From positions 1-64,000 of the forward strand of contig CAZPME010000008.1 of NCBI GenBank assembly GCA_964587885.1: DNA of 64,000 bases, given 5' to 3'. The notes under the pieces were generated by a model. That model did not search any database, had not been told where the DNA came from, and worked only from the letters and a program-made list of their open reading frames with translations. The DNA is from an uncultured Candidatus Poseidoniales archaeon (lineage in GTDB: Archaea; Thermoplasmatota; Poseidoniia; Poseidoniales; Poseidoniaceae). Position numbers and translations under genes: made by a program. Below are positions 39,479 to 49,500 of this stretch, piece after piece; the first letter of the stretch is position 1; every line of letters starts with the position of its first letter.

Positions 39479-40837
39479 CTACTCTTTGATGCTACTGGGA
39501 TTCTCACCAACCAAGTTTTGCATCATATCTTGACTTAGGTTTCGTCCTTGTGAAAGTGACCAATGGCACTTCACAATAACCGCCTCTGGCGAGGAATTAT
39601 TGGCCTGACCGAGAATACCGAGTTCCTGTTGAATCCTACCTTTTGAGTACACATTCATGTTAACTGGACCGTGAATACACTGGTTGGCAATAACAACTGG
39701 CATTCCATTCTTGATAACTGCGCCAATTGCTTGCCCTAATTCCTCATTTTCAGGTGCATTAGCATTGGGATTCTCAATTGGAAGGTGGCCCAATCCTGTT
39801 CCGTGAATTACCAAGGCTGAATATCCAGCTGCTGCGGTTGCATTGACCATATCTGCATGAAGGTGGGCACCTGATATCAGTTGACCAATGCGAATATTTT
39901 CAGAAAATTCGGTCGGCGGTGCTTGTCCTCGACTTGGAGTATTGGCTAAGGCGTTGGCATATTCATCGCTTAGAGTATGGCTAATTCCTCCACGAGTAAG
40001 GTGAACATGCCCAAGGGGTGTGGAATTTATTGCTTGGAAAGCATCGCGTCGAGTAGAGTGAAGTTTCCTTGCCGAGCACCCTGGTAATACGGCTATTTCC
40101 CCATCATCTGCTGACGAGTGTAGCATGACTACTGTTGAATCACCCAAACCCCCATTTGGACTTGGACCATTTGCGGCCCAATAGACTGAAGCCAGCAGGT
40201 TTTCGTTGGCATCGGATGAACCTCGGTCCGATGATCGCTGTGAACCGGTGAAGACTATTCGCCCAGGTGGGCAGTTTCCGGCTCCTGCCCAAGAGAATGA
40301 AAGTGCACAGGCGCTAATGGCCAATGTGTCTGTACCATGGGTAACTACGACTCCTGCGACACCATCGGCAAAAGCATCTGCACTAGCTTTGGCAATGGTG
40401 TTCCAATGCTGGGGGCGCATATCATCCGACCACATATTTCCTATTTTTACCGCATCAATGCGAGCAACCTTAGATAATTCTGGAATTGAAGCCAGCAATT
40501 CCTCGGGTTCAAATCTAGCGACTACAGCACCGGTGGCGTAATCAACTTTGGAGGCGATAGTACCTCCGGTGTGAATTATTCTAACCCTCGGTAAATCTTC
40601 CTTCTGCTTGGCTGGCTCGCCACTAGAGGAAGGCGTGGTTGCTGATTCGGGCTTAGCCAGAACTTCGCATCCCAGAATCGCTTCACTTGGGTGACTGATA
40701 TTGTAACCATTCACTAATTTCATAGTTACATGATTTGCTGCTGCAGGAGGCATGATAATGCCCTGCTCTTCAATTTCTCCAGACCATGTGCGCAATCGTA
40801 AGAGAACGGTTGAACCTGCTGGAGGCAGTTCTGCCAT
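39479..40837 (-). CDS. gatD: Glutamyl-tRNA(Gln) amidotransferase subunit D (archaeal GatD).
   Basis: L-asparaginase-like domain 'RVRIIHTGGTIASKVDYATGAV'; about 450 aa with an N-terminal AnsA-N-like domain, as in GatD. Confidence 0.85.
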   Translation of the reverse strand: MAELPPAGSTVLLRLRTWSGEIEEQGIIMPPAAANHVTMKLVNGYNISHPSEAILGCEVLAKPESATTPSSSGEPAKQKEDLPRVRIIHTGGTIASKVDYATGAVVARFEPEELLASIPELSKVARIDAVKIGNMWSDDMRPQHWNTIAKASADAFADGVAGVVVTHGTDTLAISACALSFSWAGAGNCPPGRIVFTGSQRSSDRGSSDANENLLASVYWAANGPSPNGGLGDSTVVMLHSSADDGEIAVLPGCSARKLHSTRRDAFQAINSTPLGHVHLTRGGISHTLSDEYANALANTPSRGQAPPTEFSENIRIGQLISGAHLHADMVNATAAAGYSALVIHGTGLGHLPIENPNANAPENEELGQAIGAVIKNGMPVVIANQCIHGPVNMNVYSKGRIQQELGILGQANNSSPEAVIVKCHWSLSQGRNLSQDMMQNLVGENPSSIKE

Positions 40838-40939
40838 GTTTCCCCCACCACCGAGAGGCTCATGAACGCTACGTCACCATATTGCTGCAAGTATTGATGA
40901 GCGCACGTTTCAAAGAGGGGTGGCGAGTCGGCGGAATAA

Positions 40940-41067
40940 GCCGGGGTGGCGTAGTTGGTAGCGCGTCGGACTCATAGGGTAGCAATAATTGCAGAGTCGC
41001 GCTGAAAGTCAGCCTCAGCGATGTCTGAGACATCCGAAGGCCGCGGGTTCGAGTCCCGCTCCCGGCA
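40940..41067 (+). tRNA. tRNA-Met/Ile2 (anticodon CAT) containing a 55-nt intron at the canonical 37/38 position (exon 1 40940-40976, intron 40977-41031, exon 2 41032-41067); no encoded CCA.
   Basis: Manual fold: acceptor GCCGGGG/TCCCGGC; D-arm GCGT-AGTTGGTA-GCGC; anticodon stem TCGGA ... TCCGA interrupted after CTCATA by 'GGGTAGCAAT...TCTGAGAC'; T-arm GCGGG-TTCGAGT-CCCGC. G1-C72 argues against an initiator. Confidence 0.8.
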
Positions 41068-41223
41068 CTAGAAAATTGGTACATGAGTATGCGTAGTGAT
41101 GATTCTATTGGTTGATAGAGAAAACCCTTGGTAGTATAATTCCTTTAATCTTGCAGTAAATGCGACAATCTAAGATAAAAATGGTAAAATGATTGCTCTT
41201 CTATTTGTTTTTGATGATTTTCA

Positions 41224-42195
41224 ATGCAAATATTGCAATTGGACAAAGCGCAGACTTCAATTGATGAGTGCTACCCGAAGGGGACAATGGTCGACATCTC
41301 TACCGCAATGGCTGCTGCCAGTGTTGACGGGAAAAAGCGGGACAAAAAAGATGGAGATAAGAAGGGAAAATCAGGTCGGAATCATGGGATTGAGCCCTTT
41401 GATCCGCAGAAGTATGTGTACAAGGAAAAAGCCGATACAGCTTCAATGTGGTTGATATTGTCATTTTCATTAAGCGTAGCAATTATTTCTCGATATTTGA
41501 TAATGCCGAAAATGGACCCAACTGAGAATCATGATATTTTGTGGTTTGGCCCGATGGCTCTACTCTTAGTAATTCCATCCTTGCACAGATTGGTAATGCC
41601 GGAGAGATTTGTTGAACATTATACCAAGGGTACCTGGTTCAAGGCTGGTTTCCTACACGTATTCGCTTGGCTCGCATTCACTTTCTTGCTCATCAATCCA
41701 CCATTAGGAGACATCGGTTCGCCAGAGCCCAGTGCTGGATGGACGATAATTGTCGAGCAAGATGATGGTTGGTTATTGGCCAATGATTCTACCTCTGGCT
41801 CAAGTGAAATTGGATGGCAGTTAGAAGATGGAGAGGACAAGGTTGCTGGAACTGCGTGGTTGATGTTTGCTTTGGCCGATAATTCTGATCCAAATGATGC
41901 CGATCTCGAAATCACAATCACCCCTGCTGAAGGTGAAGCACGTACTCTAACTCTCGCTTCTGAGGAGTGGCTACGCTTGGAGTCTGCCCGAGCCGAAGGA
42001 TTTGCCAATCAAACCTATGCACATGATGTTACATTGAGTGATCATGAGAGTGATCGTGTTGTTGCAGTTCAACTTGGTGATGATTTTGCGGCGGGAGAAT
42101 ACACTATTACCATTCATGTGACAGAAGAAGCAGAACCATGGACTAATTCCGCTGAATGGGATTGGACTTTCACTGTAATTGCTCCTCTTGAGTAA
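41224..42195 (+). CDS. Hypothetical membrane protein: Lys-rich cytoplasmic N-terminus, three TM helices, C-terminal acidic extracellular domain of about 170 aa. Start uncertain.
   Basis: Long ORF with clear hydrophobic helices ('MWLILSFSLSVAIISRYLI', 'ILWFGPMALLLVIPSL', 'FLHVFAWLAFTFLLI'); no recognisable family. Confidence 0.5.
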   Translation: MQILQLDKAQTSIDECYPKGTMVDISTAMAAASVDGKKRDKKDGDKKGKSGRNHGIEPFDPQKYVYKEKADTASMWLILSFSLSVAIISRYLIMPKMDPTENHDILWFGPMALLLVIPSLHRLVMPERFVEHYTKGTWFKAGFLHVFAWLAFTFLLINPPLGDIGSPEPSAGWTIIVEQDDGWLLANDSTSGSSEIGWQLEDGEDKVAGTAWLMFALADNSDPNDADLEITITPAEGEARTLTLASEEWLRLESARAEGFANQTYAHDVTLSDHESDRVVAVQLGDDFAAGEYTITIHVTEEAEPWTNSAEWDWTFTVIAPLE

Positions 42196-42441
42196 TCACC
42201 ACGAAGGGGTAATTATTTCGTGATATTCGTGGGCCATCTTTCGACATAATGATTCGGTTTTTCGCTTAAGTTGCAAATCACGAGCTGCTGAGTCGATTCT
42301 TGCTCTCCGGTATACCCTCACCAAACCAGCCAAAGGAGTCCAACAGAATAAATCGAGGAATTTCCAATCACTTATTGGATCTTGTATGTGGCGAAGGGCT
42401 GCGGTTTTAGCAATCTTATTCTGGGTCATCAATTTGGGCAA
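42196..42441 (-). CDS. Small basic hypothetical protein (81 aa).
   Basis: ORF only; abuts the neighbouring genes; no family recognised. Confidence 0.25.
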   Translation of the reverse strand: MPKLMTQNKIAKTAALRHIQDPISDWKFLDLFCWTPLAGLVRVYRRARIDSAARDLQLKRKTESLCRKMAHEYHEIITPSW

Positions 42442-42497
42442 GGTCTTTCTAAAGAGGTGATTTTAGTAGAGACTCTGAGTCAAAGTGAAAGTGAACC

Positions 42498-43463
42498 TCA
42501 CTTCGTCAAACTAGCGCAAATTTTGGCTGTCATTGCATCGAGTTGTAATTGCTCTCCACCACCTTCAACAAGGCGAAAATCAACTTCGGCCATCAGTTCG
42601 GTTAAGTCAAGTTTGGCCGCTTCGGTAAGGAAATCAGCATTGTACAATTCGCGGTGTAGTTGGTTGATAAAATCAGTTCCAGCTAAGCCAAATTTATCGA
42701 GCAATTCGCGTAATCGCCGCCGGGCGGCGTGAAATCCATCTTCGCGACAAGCCAACAGATATTGTTGCAAAACCTCAGGGGGAGCGGTCGCGGTAGTCTC
42801 GTAAATTAATGCGCGACCGACATTATTGTCTATGGCCGCGGCAACCTGCAATGCGGTCAAGGCCTTACGCATGTCGCCGAGGCTAATGTCGACAATTGCC
42901 GTACAGGCATCATCGTCGAGATTGACATCTTCTGATTTGGCGACGTGCTTGACTTGTTTTTCGACATCATCATCTCCCAAGGGACGAAAACGGAATACAG
43001 CACAGCGTGATTGGATTGGCTCGATGATTTTTGAAGAGTAATTGCAGGACAAAATAAATCGGCAAGTCTCAGCATATTGCTCCATGATTCGGCGTAGTGC
43101 ACCTTGAGCGTCATTGGTTAGCGCGTCGGCTTCATCGAGGAAGATGATTTTGAAGGTCGCATCGCCGTAGGGCCTAGTACGTGCAAATTGCTTTACTTTA
43201 GTGCGAATATTTTCTAGTTTCCGCTCGTCGCTAGCGTTCATTTCTAATAGATTGTTGCGAAATTCTTCGCCAAAGATGTCTCGAGTCAGCGCCATAGCCG
43301 CAGTCGTCTTTCCAGTGCCAGGCGGACCGGCAAAAAGTAGATGTGGAAAAGTGCATTTATCGGCATATATTCTCAATCGGTCAACTACGGTGGCCTGCCC
43401 CCGAATATCAACAACTGAGCGGGGCCTATGTTTTTCCACCCACATCTCGTTCATGCGACTCAA
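42498..43463 (-). CDS. rfcS: Replication factor C small subunit (clamp loader).
   Basis: 'MWVEKHRP', Walker A 'FAGPPGTGKTT', DEAD-type 'IIFLDEADALT', SRC motif 'IQSRCAVFRF'. No intein. Confidence 0.9.
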   Translation of the reverse strand: MSRMNEMWVEKHRPRSVVDIRGQATVVDRLRIYADKCTFPHLLFAGPPGTGKTTAAMALTRDIFGEEFRNNLLEMNASDERKLENIRTKVKQFARTRPYGDATFKIIFLDEADALTNDAQGALRRIMEQYAETCRFILSCNYSSKIIEPIQSRCAVFRFRPLGDDDVEKQVKHVAKSEDVNLDDDACTAIVDISLGDMRKALTALQVAAAIDNNVGRALIYETTATAPPEVLQQYLLACREDGFHAARRRLRELLDKFGLAGTDFINQLHRELYNADFLTEAAKLDLTELMAEVDFRLVEGGGEQLQLDAMTAKICASLTK

Positions 43464-43528
43464 CCTTGGTTGCCGGCGATGGCCAAAGAACGTTATGTTT
43501 ACCCCTACTCCATTTTACATGTTTCGCC

Positions 43529-43547
43529 GGCCTCCCTACGGGAGGCC
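43529..43547. other. Perfect 8-bp GC hairpin GGCCTCCC-TAC-GGGAGGCC in the divergent rfcS / giant-gene intergenic region.
   Basis: Inverted repeat read directly; lies about 40 nt upstream of the giant-gene start codon. Confidence 0.3.
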
Positions 43548-43588
43548 TTAGGGAAGTATGATTATCTCTTATCACTTCCCGCAGAGTT

Positions 43589-46500
43589 GTGAGCCCTATG
43601 TCGACCGCGTCTAATTACCGAAACCGCCGACGTCAAGCATTGACGATTGTATTGCTATTTTTGCTAGCAGACTTGATTTCGCCATCAGCGATTCCAAGTT
43701 ATGAACTCGACCAAATCAATTCGCCGTCATTCGTTCAAATGAGTGATAACGCTAGTGCAGACAGTCAAATTTACAGTCTCAGTCAAAACACAAATTATGG
43801 TAACGAAGTTAGCGCGAGTATCGGCCCTGATGAAGTTGGACCAGGGGTGTCCAAAATGGTAATTTCATTCCCATTGAATTTTTCAGGTGCGGTGGATGTA
43901 GCCAGTGCAACAATGTATTTGGTGTGTACGACAGCTGCCGATGACAAAATTTCGACGCTTTTCGTAAGCGAATTAACAAATTCATTTGATGAAATGAATG
44001 TAACTTGGGTAAATTACAATGGTACAGCAACTTGGGCATCTCCCGGTGCAAGCGGCGCTAGTGATCATGGAGATTGGGAGCCACCACTTGTACAAACGAT
44101 GAATTCTACATTTAGTTTCAATATCACTTCCTTTGTACAATCTGCACTTTCCCGCGGCGCAAATTCAGTAGACTTGCTGATCGCAGCCCACGGTGCACAG
44201 TATTCCTGCTCGACCAAAGAGGAGTTGGTCCAAGCAAACCGTCCGCAAATTCTTTTTGTTTATGCTGCTAATTCACCGGCGGCAAGGGGTACTATCCTGC
44301 CTACTTTCGTCGAAGATGGTGACGCACTGATGACTGGTGATTTCATCTTAGCCGCTGAAACTCAGCCTACGATAACTTGGTCGAATCTATTAGGACAAAA
44401 TGTCGAAGTGCAATTGTCACTAGCGAGTGATTTCATGACTGATTCTGATTCATGGTGGTATTTTTCATCGCAGAATAATTTATCTTTCCAATTTTCCGGT
44501 ACTACGGGTCAAATGGAATTGCTAAGTGAAAATGAGCTTAGCAATGGTACGACGATGCATTATCGCATGCGTTCGACCAACTTGAACCAAGTTGGAGATT
44601 GGAGTTCCGGATATTTTCACCTTCCCGATTTGCAAGTTACCGATAATGGTAATCAAACTGCTTCGGTCAGCATTTACCCTGATGATTTGGGGTTGTCTGA
44701 AAAGGCAATAAGTGATACCTATTCCAATAATGCTCTTTCCGGCGGTAACGGTAATTACGGAGGTGATTCTACTGTATTGGTGGGAATGGACTCACCTTCA
44801 GAAGACCAATATGCCTATCACGGAATCAATCCGCATTTATGGGGTATGCACGATAATGCAACGATGTTCCAAGCTGATTTGGTACTTACCCGCAGCAGTT
44901 ACAATAACGATGCAGTAATATCATTCCATTCGTTTGACAATTCGGCATGGACCGAATCCGGTTTGACGATGAATAGTCAAGATGGCAGTACCGCTTGGAC
45001 TGATGGCGGCCGTTCAAATAAGGAAATGGCTGCAATAGATGCGATGTGGAGTAATCAAACCAACTCAGAATTCCGCGTAGATTTATTGACTCAAACTCAA
45101 GTGTGGCTCGACACTTCTTCAAGTACACCACTCTCGATTTTCTCGACAGTACGTGGCGAATACGATCAATATTCTTCTTCAACCAATGTTGAGTTTTATT
45201 CAAGCGAGGATAGTTCTCAAAGCAATTTGCCCTATCTTGAATTAATGTATGGATGGGGTAGTGGTACTTCTCCAACTGCTGTAGAACTGATTGACCCTGC
45301 CGATGGTGTAGGAGTTTGGACCCTAAATGACCACAACCTTTCGGGAAATACCACCCCTACCCTCACTTGGAATGGGTCTGAGGCCACTTCTCAGAGTCAT
45401 GATATAATTTGGCAGTTGTCAGAAGGACCTGAATTCCGCAATATCACTGCCGAAGTAAATACAGTAGAAGATAACGATTTCACTCCTGGTTCAGGGAACT
45501 ATTCACTCACCGGATTAGATGAAGGTAAAACATACGCTTGGCGCATGCAGCACGTTTCTTTTGAAGGTCACCACGGAGAGTGGACAACAAATTCTTTCTT
45601 CGTCCCTAGTGTCACCTCTACATGGCTCGGAGGAAACGATTACCAATTGACTCTTAGTTCAGGTAATTCTTCAGTTTCGGGACCTGATATGCCATATTGT
45701 ACCGACACCTACATTGATAGTGGTTCGCCGAATGATACCTATCCTGATGAGGGGGAAATTCAAGTTTCATACAGTACTTTTTCAGAGACTGCAATCCTCT
45801 TTGGATGTGATATGAATTCGCATTTCTTGCCTAGTGGCTATGCAGTTTCATATGCCAATATGCGCATGAAGTTGTCATTCCACGGAGGTAATCCAATCGT
45901 TGGTGCGTGGGATAATACCCAATCGAACTGGGTTGCTGAATCTGCCAATTGGAATACATTTGACGGAGTAAATAATTGGAGTCAAAGTGGTGCTAAAGGT
46001 AGCGAGCGCGGCTCATTGTTATCTAGCAACACGCTAACGTCTTCCTTCTCAAGTGGAGATTGGGTCAACTGGAATATCACCCTTAATGCTCAAGATGCGA
46101 TGCGCAGTGATGGTTCACTTGATTTCATTATCGGCATTGTAGGTGCTGGATCAGGTGGGACTCGCCAAGCATTATTCGACAGTAGCGAACAATCAACTTC
46201 TTCACGGCCAGAAGTGATATTGGTATATTCACCAGGTTCTAATGCTAAACCGAATAACCCAATTCCCCTTTCTCCGGCCAATGGTTCATGGTCAATTATC
46301 GATGGCATTGAACCAGCACCTGATGCGCGCCCGGTACTCAACTGGAGTTATGGAACTGGTGTTGCCGTAGGCGGTTGGTCTCTACAATTAGATACAACAA
46401 GCACGTTTGATAGTGGTAATTTGTTGAGTTTTGCCTCATGGAATGATAACGGATTTGACCTAACCAATATGTCCTATACTCCTCAACAGGATTTGAGCGA

Positions 46501-49500
46501 TGGCCAGATTTGGCATTGGCGAGTACGAGCAGTTTCAACCACAAATCAACTCGGTGATTGGTCGGCATTTTCTCATTTCTTACTTCCAGATATCACTACT
46601 TGGTTAATTGATAGCAATACCTCAGCGGTTGAATATCATCATCATGATGCTCTGCCATCATTGCACATTCCCGAATTTGAAGATACTTGGGTGAAAAATT
46701 CTGGCGCCAATAATGGCACATCTCAGGGCACTGACACGGTACTCAAAGTTGGAACCCTGAGTGACGGAAGTCGCGCAACAGGAATGTTACGCGTTCCATT
46801 GAGCGCCTTACCAAACCCTGCTAACGCCCACGTGCTAAAGGCGACCTTGAATCTCTATCCTGAATGGGGCTCATCAGAATCGCAGCATATTTCAATTCAT
46901 TCTGCAATGCAAGCGTGGAATTCTAGTGCTAATGGCACGACATATGATGGCGTTAATAATTGGAGTAGCGCAGGTGGTTTAGGAGCTACAGACAGTGGTG
47001 AAATGGTTGACGTGAATACTATAGTAGGGGATTCTTGGGCACAATATGATGTTACTGAATTAGTTCAAAGTGCTACATTAACGGGTAATAATCACCTCTC
47101 TATAATGCTGATAGGCGACGATGCTAGCGGCTTGGTAACTTTCACTTCAGTCGATTCTTCTAGCAACCGCCCATGGTTGAATATAACTTGGGCTACTGGT
47201 AATTCAAGTCAAGTTACTACCACCGGAAGTCCGAATAGTCCAAGTGCTGGCTCAATTCTTTGGGACACATCATCTCATGCTTTGATTCCTACGACAACAC
47301 CTACACTAAATTGGACTCATCCGAATGCTGGTTCAGTTGATGATTGGCGACTTTTCATCTGGAATAATGGCAGTGATGAGCGTGAAGGTTGGACTATACA
47401 CGATACCCGTGAATCCACCACCGGATTCAATATTGGCGCGCTATCGTGGACATCAACTAGTGTCCAAGAGGCCGGACGCACTTATCGCTGGTTTGTACAG
47501 CCTATTATTGACGACATTTACGGTCCGCGTTCCGCGTCATTGCATTATCATCTGCCAGCAGTAATGAGTGGGGAATTGAATTCCACTGATGCTTGGCTAA
47601 ATGTTGTTGAGGGCTCAATGGTTAACGATATCGCTTACCCTGAGGTAATGAGTGACACTTGGATCAACGAAGGCGGGCAAAATTTGAATTACGGAAATGC
47701 TGCAAATTTCACCGTAGGAACAAGTCCATCTTCATCCTCTCTTAGGTCAAAAGCCTTATTGGAAATCGATCTAAGTAATCTTCCGATTCCGCAACCATTT
47801 GATGTGCTTGAAGCAGAGTTGAAACTATACCGAGATGGTGGGCAACAATCGCAAATGACGGTAAGTATTAGCGATTTATTCCTCGCCTTTGACGAAAACA
47901 ACGCTACTTGGAATCAAGCTGATAATGGTACAAATTGGTCGATTACTGGAGCCAGTGGGCAATTAGATTCGGGCCTGCCTGTAGATATTGAGACGATAAC
48001 AGGTAGTGGCTGGTTCTCTTGGGATGTCAGTCAACTCGCTCAAGCGGCATTGGCACGCGGAGACCAAACCATGACTCTCTTGATTCAATCTGAAGAGCCA
48101 TTGAATGCCAGCAACAGTTTCCATACCTTTGCTAGTAGCAATAATATGAATGTGGAATTGCGGCCACAACTGAATTTGACCCTGCGCTCGGTCAACCAGT
48201 GGCTTCCCACCGATTCTTCGTCTCTATATCCGACCAATACTCAAACCATGTGGAATATGTCGGCTGACCTGCCTTCGCCAATGCACGACATTGTATTCAG
48301 TTGGAACTCAACCGATACCAATGCTACAGCACAGCATTTCCAGATGTCTTCTAATCCACGTTTCATAAATCCAGAACTATTCGCCATGTCAAACGATTCT
48401 ACGACATTAGACAATGGTACCTTTACGAATACCGGACAACGCTACTCTTACAACCATAGTACTGATTTGATGCCTATTGACGAATGGATATTTTGGCGTG
48501 TTAGGACTGTACAAGACTATCGTATCGGTAATTGGTCAATGGTCAATAAATTCCGCATGCCGGACTTTGAAGGTGAAGATGATGGAACCGGAAACCTGAC
48601 ATTAAATCTCAACCGTGGAACTGTCTTCACCAATACTTCTGTTTTACCTTTGGTCCCTGACACTACCCTTGATTCAAGCTCGTTAAGCACCAATTATGGT
48701 TCTTCCACCGCACTGAAACTTGGTGCAGGAGCAAGTGGTTCAGGAGAAGCGAGAATCCTCATTGAATATGACCTCAATGAATTACCCTTCCCTGCTAATA
48801 TGATCCCAACTTCAACCATTCTTACGTTGTATAGGTATGGAATTACGGGTGGTCAATCACTCACAGTTGCCGCTTATCCATGTTCTTCATTCTCAGAGTC
48901 TGGGGCCAGTTGGAATAATGCTCCGACTTGCTCGAGTAGTGAAATCACTCGGACTACTCTAGGAGTTGTTCCCCCGACAGGATACATGGAATGGGATATT
49001 ACCTCTCTCGCCCAATCAAATATCGCGGCAGGAAATCGAACATTAACCGTAATGTTAGCAGTTATTGGCACCCCTGGGGCAACTCATGAATTCCGCTCAA
49101 GCGAATATTCGTCAGTTGATGAGCGACCAAATTTGATCTTTGATTATGTCGATAATTCTCAAGGGATCACCCCACCTGCACAACCAACATTGCTTAATCC
49201 AATTGATGGTGATGTATTGTATGATGATAGCAATTGGATTCTCCAGTCTGCAACCCGCCCAGTATTGGAGTGGAATGCGGTTGCTAATGCTACCGATTAT
49301 ATTCTAACTATAGCAAATGCGACTGGGCAAACCAAATATCGTTCGTGGTCGACTAGTGGTTTTGGTAATTCTAATTTCACCTTGAGTACAGATTTAGCGG
49401 CTGGTGAATCTTATGAATGGTGGGTTCAAGCTGTAAATGGAAGTATTCCTGGTCCGTCGAGTAGTCGCTGGACATTCGCGATTGGAAATCCGATAAACAA

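Noticed and set aside
40869-41084. 71-aa minus-strand ORF.
   Set aside because: Completely overlaps the intron-containing tRNA(CAU); it is an artefact of the structured RNA sequence.
41068-42441. AT-rich region plus hypothetical genes downstream of tRNA-Met as an integrated element.
   Set aside because: No integrase, no direct repeat of the tRNA 3' end, and no phage or plasmid genes. The flanking genes are ordinary membrane or hypothetical proteins.
42382-43561. Plus-strand ORFs 42382-42732, 42826-43041, 43201-43551 and 43343-43561.
   Set aside because: Antisense to the well-supported rfcS gene or inside the short promoter region. They have no family similarity.
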